From the NCBI RefSeq assembly GCF_001457595.1, contig NZ_LN831039.1:5520001-5552000 (forward strand): a DNA stretch of 32,000 bases. The letters are read 5' to 3'. Shown here piece after piece: positions 8,267 to 20,436 of the stretch. The translations under genes were made by a program, and so were the position numbers. Source of the DNA: Mycolicibacterium smegmatis. GTDB lineage: Bacteria > Actinomycetota > Actinomycetes > Mycobacteriales > Mycobacteriaceae. How positions within the stretch are numbered: the stretch's first letter is position 1; every line of letters starts with the position of its first letter. A model generated the notes under the pieces. That model worked only from the letters and a program-made list of their open reading frames with translations, did not search any database and was not told the DNA's origin.

Positions 8267-8329
8267 CGCCGAGACCGGCGAAATGGTCGCCGACGGACAC
8301 CGTCGGGCACCATTTCGCCGGTCTCGGCG
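8267..8329 (-). terminator. 63-nt hairpin (21-bp perfect outer stem plus 7-bp inner stem) followed by UUUU on the minus strand: intrinsic terminator of ksgA, possibly bidirectional
   Basis: CGCCGAGACCGGCGAAATGGT (8267-8287) is the exact reverse complement of 8309-8329. The inner stem is CCGACGG/CCGTCGG (8290-8296 and 8300-8306). GGAAAA at 8261-8266 gives UUUUCC immediately 3' of the stem on the ksgA strand. It sits between the convergent kinase and ksgA genes. Confidence 0.8.
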
Positions 8330-8346
8330 TCGGGCGCTTCGAGCGC

Positions 8347-9240
8347 TCAGGCCTCGGCTGACACCGAAGGCGTTGATGCAGAAGGCCTGACGACCTGCTT
8401 GGTGTAGTCCTCGCCCAGTGCTTCCTTGGTCCGCTGCAGCAACCGGACGAAGTCGTTGATGCTCAACGTCTCACCGCGACGTGCCGGGTCGATGCTGGCA
8501 GCCAGGAGGCGTTCGGCCGATTCGTTGCCGCCACCGGCCCACTCGGCGAACGCGTTGCGCGAGGTCTTGCGGCGCTGCGCGAAGCCGATGTCGATGAGGT
8601 TGAACACCTCGTCGCGGAAGGCCGCCTCCATGGGCCACGGCGACGTCTCGTACCGGTCGATCCGGACCAGCCCCGAGTACACGCGCGGGATGGGCCAGAA
8701 GACCGTCGGCGAGACCATGCCGTGCCTGCGCACGTTGCCGTAGAACCGCACCTTGGCACTCGGCACGCCGTAGTCCTTGCCGCCCGGTTCGGCAGCCAGG
8801 CGCTCGGCCACCTCGGCCTGCACCATGACCATCACCGTCCGGATCGACGGGAACTCCGCGAGCAGGTGCAGCAACGCGGGCACCGCCACGTTGTACGGCA
8901 GGTTCGCCACCAGTGCCGTGGGCTGCTCCTCCAGGTCGCCCGGCATGAGCGTCAGGATGTCCCGGTTGAGCACCGTGAGCCGGTTGATCTCACTGTGCGA
9001 ATGGTCGGCGATCGTCGTCGGCAGCTGACGCGCCAGCAGTGGATCGATCTCCACCGCGGTGACGCGGGCTCCCCGATCCAGCAGCGCCAGAGTCAGAGAA
9101 CCGAGTCCTGGCCCGACCTCGAGGACATGGTCGTGCCGATGGACTCCAGAGGCCGACACGATGCGCCGCACCGTGTTGGCATCGTGAACGAAGTTCTGTC
9201 CGAATGCCTTTCGTGGGCGAAAGTCGATCTCTTTCGCCAA
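8347..9240 (-). CDS. rsmA: 16S rRNA (adenine1518/1519-N6)-dimethyltransferase
   Basis: 297-aa ORF from TTG 9240. [19 protein letters not shown] motif [12 protein letters not shown], and NLPYNV. The true N-terminus may lie upstream (see findings). Confidence 0.93.
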   Translation of the reverse strand: MAKEIDFRPRKAFGQNFVHDANTVRRIVSASGVHRHDHVLEVGPGLGSLTLALLDRGARVTAVEIDPLLARQLPTTIADHSHSEINRLTVLNRDILTLMPGDLEEQPTALVANLPYNVAVPALLHLLAEFPSIRTVMVMVQAEVAERLAAEPGGKDYGVPSAKVRFYGNVRRHGMVSPTVFWPIPRVYSGLVRIDRYETSPWPMEAAFRDEVFNLIDIGFAQRRKTSRNAFAEWAGGGNESAERLLAASIDPARRGETLSINDFVRLLQRTKEALGEDYTKQVVRPSASTPSVSAEA

Positions 9241-9275
9241 GCGTCGTATCTCGGTCCGCCCGAGCAGTCGAATAG

Positions 9276-10472
<1,197 letters not shown>

Positions 10473-10495
10473 TCACAAGACGGTAACGAAAAGGT

Positions 10496-11350
10496 CTAGA
10501 AGCGGCAACTCTCGCTAAGCCTGTACACCCGTTCGGCGGTGGCCGCGGTCTCGGCGGCGATCTCCTCGGCAGGGCGGTCCAGCAACGTCGCCAGTGCACG
10601 CACAGTGTAGGGCAGGCAGTACGGCTCGTTGGGCGCCCCTCGGAACGGGTGCGGCGTGAGGAACGGCGCGTCGGTCTCGACGAGCATCTGCCCCTGCGGG
10701 ATCAGCCGGGCAGCCTCCTGCAGGTCACGGGCGTTCTTGAAGCTCACGGTGCCCGACAGGCTCAACACCCAGCCCGCGTCGATGCACGTTCGCGCCATGG
10801 CCGGACCCGACGAGAAACAGTGGAAGATCACAGTCTCGGGCGCACCCTCGGCCCGCAACACGTCGAGCACCTCGGCGTCGGCGTCGCGGTTGTGGATCAT
10901 GAGCGGTTTGCCGCTGCGCTTGGCCAGGTCGATGTGCCACGCGAACGCGTCGCGCTGCTCGGCCGGCGTCGCGCATCCGTCGAGGCGACCGGGCCAGTAC
11001 ATGTCCATCCCGGTCTCGCCGATCGCGACCACACGAGGATGGGTGGCCAGCTGTTCGAGATCAGCCTTCGCGGCGTCGGTGAGCGTGTCGGCCCGCGTCG
11101 GATGCAGCGCCACCGCGGCCCAGACGCGGTCGTCGGCGTCGGCCGCGCGGGTCACCCAATGTGCCGCGTCCAGGTCGTCGGCGATCGTCACGACGCGCCC
11201 GACGCCCACGGCGGCGGCGCGATCGACGATGGCGCGCACGTCTTCCGGGTTGTCGGCACCGCACGCGTCGAGGTGGGTGTGCGCGTCGACGAGCGGGGTC
11301 AACGGTTCCGGAGCTGGCGGTTTCTCCCTGGCTGAACGTTTCGCACTCAC
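10496..11350 (-). CDS. tatD: TatD-family metal-dependent hydrolase/DNase
   Basis: 285 aa from GTG 11350, the lower part of the 774-aa ORF 10496..12820. [10 protein letters not shown] (HxH), [17 protein letters not shown], and [11 protein letters not shown] motifs. A TATGGT hexamer lies 6 nt upstream of the GTG. Confidence 0.9.
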   Translation of the reverse strand: MSAKRSAREKPPAPEPLTPLVDAHTHLDACGADNPEDVRAIVDRAAAVGVGRVVTIADDLDAAHWVTRAADADDRVWAAVALHPTRADTLTDAAKADLEQLATHPRVVAIGETGMDMYWPGRLDGCATPAEQRDAFAWHIDLAKRSGKPLMIHNRDADAEVLDVLRAEGAPETVIFHCFSSGPAMARTCIDAGWVLSLSGTVSFKNARDLQEAARLIPQGQMLVETDAPFLTPHPFRGAPNEPYCLPYTVRALATLLDRPAEEIAAETAATAERVYRLSESCRF

Positions 11351-11374
11351 CGCAACACCATAAGGTGGGAGCAA

Positions 11375-14273
<2,899 letters not shown>

Positions 14274-14305
14274 TCGAGTGATCTGAGCCACATTCGGCGC
14301 CGATC

Positions 14306-14332
14306 TGTCACACTCGGGCGGCGCGCGGTGTC
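14306..14332 (+). promoter_or_regulatory. ECF41-type promoter candidate TGTCACA-N16-TGTC
   Basis: TGTCACA at 14306-14312, an exact 16-nt spacer, and TGTC at 14329-14332. The published ECF41 consensus is TGTCACA-N16-CGTC. It sits 35 nt upstream of the oxidoreductase ATG, which has SD GAAGGAG. Confidence 0.55.
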
Positions 14333-14366
14333 TTGAGGGCACAAGCCCATTCGAGAAGGAGACACC

Positions 14367-15560
14367 ATGACGCCGAATGCCCCTCACATCGTCGTGATCG
14401 GCGGCGGCTACGCCGGGGTGCTGGCCGCGAACCATCTGCAGCAGGCTGCACACGCGAAGATCACCCTGGTAAATCCGCGACCGGAGTTCGTCGAACGCAT
14501 CCGCCTGCACCAGTTGGCCGTCGGTAACCACTCGGCCACCACCGGCTACGACACGGTGCTGGGTGACCGGGTGCGCCTGCTCGTGGACAGCGTCGAGCGC
14601 ATCGACGCCCCGATCCGCCAGGTGCAGCTGGCCTCCGGTGACGTCGTCGACTACGACTACCTGCTGTACGCCGTCGGCAGCACCGGCGGTGTGCCAACGT
14701 CGGTTCCCGGTGCGGCCGAATTCGCCTATCCGCTCAGCGAATTGGAGCAGGCACAGCGGCTGCGTGAGCGGCTGCAGGACATCCCGATGTCGGCCCCGGT
14801 CGTCGTGGTGGGCGGTGGCCTCACCGGCATCGAGGCCGCGGGCGAGTTCGCCGAGGCCGGCCGGCCGGTCACGCTCGTCACCGACGTGGTCGGCGCATCG
14901 CTGGGAGACCAGGCCCGCCGCTCGGTGGTCAAGGCACTGCGCAAGCTCGGGGTGACGATCGTCAGCGGGCCCGACATCCTCGTCGCGTCCGTCGGGGCCA
15001 CCGACGTGACCCTGGCCGACGGCACACGCCTGCCCAGCGCGGTGACGGTGTGGACGACCGGTTTCGGGGTGCCCGGCCTGGCCGCGGCCAGCGGGCTCAC
15101 CACCGACGAACTGGGACGGCTGATCACCGACGAGACGCTCACCAGCGTCGACGACGACCGCATCGTCGCGGCGGGCGACTGCGCCTCACCGTCGGGCATC
15201 CCGCTGCGTATGAGCTGCCAGGCCGCGGGCCCCATGGGCATCCAGGCCGCCAACACCGTGCTGGCCCGCCTGGCCGGAACCGAACCCGCGGTGCTCAACC
15301 AGGCGTTCACGGGCCAGTGCGTGAGCGTCGGGCGCACCTACGGCACCGTGCAGATCGCGCACTCCGACGACACCCCGCGGCGGCTGTACTTCGGCGGGCG
15401 CACCGGCGCCGCGATCAAGGAGCAGGTGTGCAAGGCGACCATCACATTCATGGCCAAGGAAGGGCGCAAACCGGGATCCTATTTCTGGTTCAAGGGACGC
15501 AACCGCGCCCGCCAACTCGCCGAGGCAGCCGAGGACACCGTGGGAGCAGCACACCGATGA
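14367..15560 (+). CDS. FAD/NAD(P)-dependent pyridine-nucleotide-disulfide oxidoreductase family (NDH-2-like)
   Basis: 397 aa. Two dinucleotide-binding motifs: IVVIGGGYAGVLAA and VVVVGGGLTGIEAAGEF. Also the late GD motif IVAAGDCA. Confidence 0.8.
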   Translation: MTPNAPHIVVIGGGYAGVLAANHLQQAAHAKITLVNPRPEFVERIRLHQLAVGNHSATTGYDTVLGDRVRLLVDSVERIDAPIRQVQLASGDVVDYDYLLYAVGSTGGVPTSVPGAAEFAYPLSELEQAQRLRERLQDIPMSAPVVVVGGGLTGIEAAGEFAEAGRPVTLVTDVVGASLGDQARRSVVKALRKLGVTIVSGPDILVASVGATDVTLADGTRLPSAVTVWTTGFGVPGLAAASGLTTDELGRLITDETLTSVDDDRIVAAGDCASPSGIPLRMSCQAAGPMGIQAANTVLARLAGTEPAVLNQAFTGQCVSVGRTYGTVQIAHSDDTPRRLYFGGRTGAAIKEQVCKATITFMAKEGRKPGSYFWFKGRNRARQLAEAAEDTVGAAHR

Positions 15561-16468
15561 ACAATCCCAGCGCAGGCAACTCGACCGAGCACGCCGAACG
15601 GTTCACGGCCCTGCGGCCGCTGCTGTTCACCATCGCATACGAGATCCTGGGTACGGCAACAGAATCCGACGATGTGCTGCAGGAGAGTTACCTGCGCTGG
15701 GCCGAGGTGGACCTCGCCACGGTGACCGACACCAAGGCCTATCTGGCCAAGCTGGTCACCCGCCAGTCGCTCAACGCGCTGCGCGCCAGGTCGCGCCTGC
15801 GCGAGGAGTACGTGGGCCCGTGGCTGCCCGAACCGCTGCTGGTGGCCGAGACCACGGACGCGTCGTCGGATGTGGTGCTCGCCGAATCGGTTTCGATGGC
15901 GATGCTCGTCGTGCTGGAAACCCTGACCCCCGACGAGCGCGCGGTGTTCGTGCTGCACGACGTGTTCGGGTTCAGCCACGACGAGATCGCCTCCACCATC
16001 GGGAAGTCCGCGGCCGCGGTGCGCCAGATGGCACACCGTGCACGTAATCACGTGCAGTCGCGTCGCAAACGCTTCGAACCCGTCGACCCGCAGGTGTCGA
16101 TGGAGATCACGCAGCGCTTCTTCACCGCGGCCTCGACCGGCGACATCGACGCGCTCATGGAGTTGCTCGCCCCGGACGTGGTGTGGACCGCCGACAGTGC
16201 GGGCAAGCGCAGTGCGGCGCGCCGCCCGGTCTCGGGTGCCGACGCCGTGGCCCGCCTGGTCTCCGGGCTCGTGCGCCTGGGCGGTGAAGGCGCGCGCGTG
16301 GAACCGGCCATGTACAACAACGCCCCCGCGCTCAAGCTGTACCTGGGCGACAGTTTCGAGGGTGTGATCACCATCGAGATCGTCGACGGGCGCATCACGC
16401 ACTTCTACGCGATGCGCAACCCCGACAAGCTCGCAGGCGTCGACATCCCGCGGGTGATCAGCCGCTAG
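15557..16468 (+). CDS. ECF sigma factor, group ECF41 (SigJ-like) with fused C-terminal SnoaL-like domain
   Basis: 303 aa from ATG 15557. Region 2 (LLFTIAYEILGTATESDDVLQESYLRW), the linker signature GPWLPEP, region 4 (ERAVFVLHDVFGFSHDEIASTIGKSAAAVRQMAHRAR), and a ~110-aa C-terminal extension. The ATG overlaps the upstream TGA (ATGA). No anti-sigma gene is adjacent. Confidence 0.85.
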   Translation: MNNPSAGNSTEHAERFTALRPLLFTIAYEILGTATESDDVLQESYLRWAEVDLATVTDTKAYLAKLVTRQSLNALRARSRLREEYVGPWLPEPLLVAETTDASSDVVLAESVSMAMLVVLETLTPDERAVFVLHDVFGFSHDEIASTIGKSAAAVRQMAHRARNHVQSRRKRFEPVDPQVSMEITQRFFTAASTGDIDALMELLAPDVVWTADSAGKRSAARRPVSGADAVARLVSGLVRLGGEGARVEPAMYNNAPALKLYLGDSFEGVITIEIVDGRITHFYAMRNPDKLAGVDIPRVISR

Positions 16469-16488
16469 CAATCTGCCACGCTGATGGC

Positions 16489-17742
16489 ATGCGGATCGAG
16501 CGGTTCTGCACGCCGGACGGGGCCACGTCAGCCCCTTCCGTGCTGCGCAGCGTCGCCGCCGCCGCGTCTGCCGCAGGCCTGGCACCGCCTGCCGCACTGA
16601 TCGGTGACTGGTTCGGCTCGCGTGCCGTCATCGCGCCGACCGTCACCGCGCAGCCCGCCGAACCCGACGCGGTGTTCGATGTGCCTCAGGGTTCTGCCGA
16701 GGGCACAGCCGTTGGCGGTGGCTGGTTCGGCTACCTGTCGTATCCCGATCCAGGGGCCTGCGAGAGCGCACCACGCATCCCCGAGGCCGCAGGCGGGTGG
16801 TCGGACTGCGTCCTGCGGCAGGACGCCGCAGGACAGTGGTGGTACGAAAGCCTCGGCGGTGCACCACTTCCCGCATGGCTGCGTGATCTGGAGCCCGCAC
16901 CTCCCCGCCCACACATCGTCGACTGGGTGCCGCCGGATCGTGGCGCGCACCGCCGTGGCGTGCTGGCCTGCCTGGAGGCCATCGCGGCGGGCGAGGTGTA
17001 TCAGGCATGCGTGTGCACCCGGTTCACCGGGCGCCTGGACGGCTCGCCGTCGGATTTCTTCGCCGACGCGGTGGCGCGCACCGCGCCTGCGCGCGCGGCG
17101 TACCTGGCGGGCGACTGGGGTGCCGTCGCTTCACTGTCACCGGAACTGTTCCTGAGCCGGCGAGGATCGTCGGTGTCGTCGAGCCCCATCAAGGGGACGC
17201 TGCCGCGCCACGCCGACCCCGCCGGACTGCGGGCGTCGGTCAAGGATGTCGCCGAGAACGTCATGATCGTGGACCTGGTGCGCAACGATCTCGGTCGCGT
17301 CGCGCGGACCGGGACGGTGACGGTGCCCGAACTCCTCGCGGTCAGACCCGCGCCGGGCGTGTGGCATCTGGTGTCGACCGTGGCGGCCGAGGTCGACCCG
17401 TGCGTGCCCATGGGCGCGCTGCTCGATGCCGCTTTCCCGCCCGCGTCGGTCACCGGCACGCCGAAGGGCCGCGCGCGTGAGCTGCTGCGCACCTGGGAGC
17501 CTGGTTTGCGTGGAATATACTGCGGGACAGTCGGTCTGGCTTCACCCGTCGCGGGCTGCGAGTTGAACGTCGCGATCCGCACCGTCGAGTTCGGCGCCGA
17601 CGGATCGGCTGTGCTCGGCGTGGGCGGCGGTATCACCGCGGACTCCGACCCCGACCGCGAGTGGGAGGAATGTCTGCACAAGGCCGCCAGCATCGTGGGG
17701 CCGGTGACCGATCAGTCCCTTGAGCGCAGCACGGCGTCGTAG
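16489..17742 (+). CDS. pabB: aminodeoxychorismate synthase component I (chorismate-binding enzyme family)
   Basis: 417 aa. SPELFLSR, SSPIKGTLPR, MIVDLVRNDLGRV, FPPASVTGTPK, and GVGGGITADSDPDREWEE motifs. The position next to rsmI/pmt matches Rv1005c synteny. Confidence 0.8.
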   Translation: MRIERFCTPDGATSAPSVLRSVAAAASAAGLAPPAALIGDWFGSRAVIAPTVTAQPAEPDAVFDVPQGSAEGTAVGGGWFGYLSYPDPGACESAPRIPEAAGGWSDCVLRQDAAGQWWYESLGGAPLPAWLRDLEPAPPRPHIVDWVPPDRGAHRRGVLACLEAIAAGEVYQACVCTRFTGRLDGSPSDFFADAVARTAPARAAYLAGDWGAVASLSPELFLSRRGSSVSSSPIKGTLPRHADPAGLRASVKDVAENVMIVDLVRNDLGRVARTGTVTVPELLAVRPAPGVWHLVSTVAAEVDPCVPMGALLDAAFPPASVTGTPKGRARELLRTWEPGLRGIYCGTVGLASPVAGCELNVAIRTVEFGADGSAVLGVGGGITADSDPDREWEECLHKAASIVGPVTDQSLERSTAS

Positions 17743-18548
17743 AGTTCGCGCTTGGACGGCGCGCCCGGGTTGTCGGCGACGACGCGCGCGCAGGCGTCCT
17801 TGACGCGCGTGCCCGCCGCGACGAGTTCCTCGACCTCGGCCACGAGCGTCGGTAGATCCGCGGTCGGCGTCGCACCCGCGAGCACCACGGTGATCTCCCC
17901 CAGCACGCCGTCGTCGGCCCAGTCCGCCAGCTCGGCCAGCGAGCCGCGCCTGATCTCCTCGTGCGTCTTGGTCAGCTCGCGGCACACCACCGCGCGGCGG
18001 TCCGCTCCGAGCGCGTCGACCGCGTCGCGCAGCGTCTCGGCGAGCCGGCGCGGGGATTCGAAGAACACGCACGTGCGCATCTCGTGGGCCAGCGTCTGAA
18101 GCCATGTCATGCGGGCGGCGTGTTTGCGTGGTGCGAAGCCCTCGAAGCAGAAGCGATCCGACGCCAGGCCCGACACCGCGAGTGCCGTCGTCACCGCCGA
18201 CGGTCCCGGTAGGCAGCTGACCGGAAGGCCCGCCTCGGCGCACGCCGCGACGAGCCGATAGCCCGGATCGTTGATCAGCGGCATGCCCGCGTCGCTGACC
18301 ACCAGCACGGTCGCGCCCGCCCGGATCTCCTCGACCAGCCCGGGCACCCGGCTCGCCTCGTTCTGGTCGAAGAAGCTCAGCACCCGCCCGGTCGGTGTCA
18401 CCTCGAGCGCCTGCGCGAGCGACCGGATGCGCCTGGTGTCCTCGGCGGCGACGATGTCGGCGTCTCTCAAGGCCCTGACCAGCCGCGCCGACGCATCGGA
18501 AGGCTGGCCCAACGGCGTCGCGCCGATCAGCAGTTTGCCGAGTGTCAC
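17712..18548 (-). CDS. rsmI: 16S rRNA (cytidine1402-2'-O)-methyltransferase
   Basis: 279 aa from GTG 18548 inside ORF 17712..18860. LLIGATPLGQPSDASARLVRALRDADIVAAEDTRR, VSDAGMPLINDPG, and CRELTKTHEE motifs of RsmI (Rv1003-like). Confidence 0.88.
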   Translation of the reverse strand: MTLGKLLIGATPLGQPSDASARLVRALRDADIVAAEDTRRIRSLAQALEVTPTGRVLSFFDQNEASRVPGLVEEIRAGATVLVVSDAGMPLINDPGYRLVAACAEAGLPVSCLPGPSAVTTALAVSGLASDRFCFEGFAPRKHAARMTWLQTLAHEMRTCVFFESPRRLAETLRDAVDALGADRRAVVCRELTKTHEEIRRGSLAELADWADDGVLGEITVVLAGATPTADLPTLVAEVEELVAAGTRVKDACARVVADNPGAPSKRELYDAVLRSRD

Positions 18549-18572
18549 GACCGACAGCCTACGATCGCTTGC

Positions 18573-20123
18573 GTGACCGCCCTCGACACCGATACGCCGA
18601 CGGCTGGTCGCTCGGCTCCACTGATCAGTCCCGGTCCCGTGATCCCGCCCCCCGATTTCGGTCCGCTGGACCGCGCGCAGGGCTGGGCGATGACGGCCAT
18701 CATCACTGCTCTGGCCGCGATCACCCGGTTCTTGAACCTGGGGTCGCCCACCGATGCCGGCACGCCGATCTTCGACGAGAAGCACTACGCGCCGCAGGCC
18801 TGGCAGGTGCTGCACAACCACGGTGTCGAGGACAATCCCGGCTACGGGCTGGTGGTGCACCCGCCCGTCGGCAAGCAGTTGATCGCCATCGGCGAGTGGC
18901 TGTTCGGTTACAACGGCCTGGGCTGGCGGTTCTCGGGCGCGGTGTGCGGCGTCATCATCGTGATGCTGGTGACCCGCATCGCGCGGCGCATCAGCCGCTC
19001 GACGCTGGTCGGCGCGATCGCCGGGTTGTTGATCATCGCCGACGGGGTCAGCTTCGTGTCATCGCGCACAGCGCTGCTCGACGTGTTCCTGGTGATGTTC
19101 GCGGTCGCGGCGTTCGCGTGCCTCATGGTCGACCGCGACCAGGTGCGCGAACGGATGTACCACGCGTTTCTCGACGGCCGTATCGCCGAGACCCGCTGGG
19201 GTACCCGGCTCGGTGTGCGCTGGTGGCGTTTCGGTGCGGGCGTGCTGCTGGGCCTGGCGTGCGCGACGAAGTGGTCCGGGCTGTACTTCGTGTTGTTCTT
19301 CGGCGTCATGACGCTCGTGTTCGACGCCATCGCGCGCAAGCAGTACCACGTGCCGCATCCGTGGCGGGGGATGCTGAGACGCGATCTGGGACCTGCCGCA
19401 TACGTCTTCGGGCTGATCCCGTTCGCGGTGTACCTGGCGTCGTACGCGCCGTGGTTCGCCTCCGAGACCGCCGTCAACCGCTACGAGGTCGGGCGCTCCA
19501 TCGGGCCGGACAGCATCCTGCCCATCCCCGACGCACTGCGCTCGCTGTGGCACTACACCCATGCCGCCTACCGCTTCCACTCGAACCTGACCAACGCCGA
19601 CGGCAATCACCACCCGTGGGAGTCGAAGCCGTGGACGTGGCCGATGTCGCTGCGACCCGTGCTGTACGCGATCGACAACCAGGACGTGCCCGGCTGCGGC
19701 GCGCAGTCCTGCGTCAAGGCCGTGATGCTCGTCGGCACGCCCGCCATGTGGTTCATCGCGGTGCCGGTGCTCGGCTGGGCGCTGTGGCGGACCGTGGTGC
19801 GACGTGACTGGCGTTACGGCGCGGTGCTCGTCGGGTACATGGCCGGGTTCCTGCCGTGGTTCGCCGACATCGATCGCCAGATGTACTTCTTCTACGCCAC
19901 GGTAATGGCGCCGTTCCTCGTGCTCGCGATCGCGCTGATCCTCGGCGACATCCTCTACAAACCCAACCAGAACCCCGAACGCCGCACACTCGGCCTGCTG
20001 ACGGTGTGTTTCTATGTCGCGCTGGTGATCACGAACTTCGCCTGGATGTACCCGATCCTGACGGGCCTGCCGATCTCACAGACCACCTGGAACCTGCAGA
20101 TCTGGTTGCCGAGCTGGCGCTAG
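18573..20123 (+). CDS. pmt: protein O-mannosyltransferase (PMT family, Rv1002c-like)
   Basis: 516 aa with many TM segments. Loop-1 Asp-Glu motif IFDEKHYAPQA. C-terminal PMT-like region. GTG start is 24 nt from the divergent rsmI start. Confidence 0.9.
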   Translation: MTALDTDTPTAGRSAPLISPGPVIPPPDFGPLDRAQGWAMTAIITALAAITRFLNLGSPTDAGTPIFDEKHYAPQAWQVLHNHGVEDNPGYGLVVHPPVGKQLIAIGEWLFGYNGLGWRFSGAVCGVIIVMLVTRIARRISRSTLVGAIAGLLIIADGVSFVSSRTALLDVFLVMFAVAAFACLMVDRDQVRERMYHAFLDGRIAETRWGTRLGVRWWRFGAGVLLGLACATKWSGLYFVLFFGVMTLVFDAIARKQYHVPHPWRGMLRRDLGPAAYVFGLIPFAVYLASYAPWFASETAVNRYEVGRSIGPDSILPIPDALRSLWHYTHAAYRFHSNLTNADGNHHPWESKPWTWPMSLRPVLYAIDNQDVPGCGAQSCVKAVMLVGTPAMWFIAVPVLGWALWRTVVRRDWRYGAVLVGYMAGFLPWFADIDRQMYFFYATVMAPFLVLAIALILGDILYKPNQNPERRTLGLLTVCFYVALVITNFAWMYPILTGLPISQTTWNLQIWLPSWR

Positions 20124-20152
20124 CTTCTGTTTGTTCCGGCGTCCTCCCCTAT

Positions 20153-20269
20153 CAGTAGTTCTGTATTGGTTCCCGTCCTCGAAACGGACACCATGGTCGT
20201 GAATTCTCGGCGAAACCGTGACACCACAGCCCTGAGGTCGCACTCGACGACGGGACGCTGACAAGTGGT
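20153..20269 (+). repeat. copy 1 of a ~117-bp direct repeat
   Basis: Hand-aligned to 20319-20436, giving 11 substitutions plus one 1-nt indel. The identical 34-nt core is 20188-20221. Confidence 0.9.
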
Positions 20270-20318
20270 ACTGACCCGTAACCCGCGGTGCATCACTGCG
20301 AAAACCTAGGTCGCCCAC

Positions 20319-20436
20319 CAGTAGTTCCGTTTTTGGTTCCCGCCCTCGAGATGCACACCATGGTCGTGAATTCTCGGCGAAACCGTGAAACCACAGCCAT
20401 GAGGTCACACTCGACGACGGGACGCCGACAAGTCGT
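20319..20436 (+). repeat. copy 2 of the ~117-bp direct repeat
   Basis: See copy 1. The period is 166-167 bp, with 49 bp of unrelated spacer between the copies. The core is 20355-20388. Confidence 0.9.

Noticed and set aside
14306-14312. TGTCACA as a CRP (cAMP receptor protein) half-site, tempting because pat is nearby
   Set aside because: There is no second half-site (TGTGA-N6-TCACA) at the right spacing. The heptamer with a 16-nt spacer and TGTC fits the ECF41 promoter, and an ECF41 sigma is encoded in the operon.
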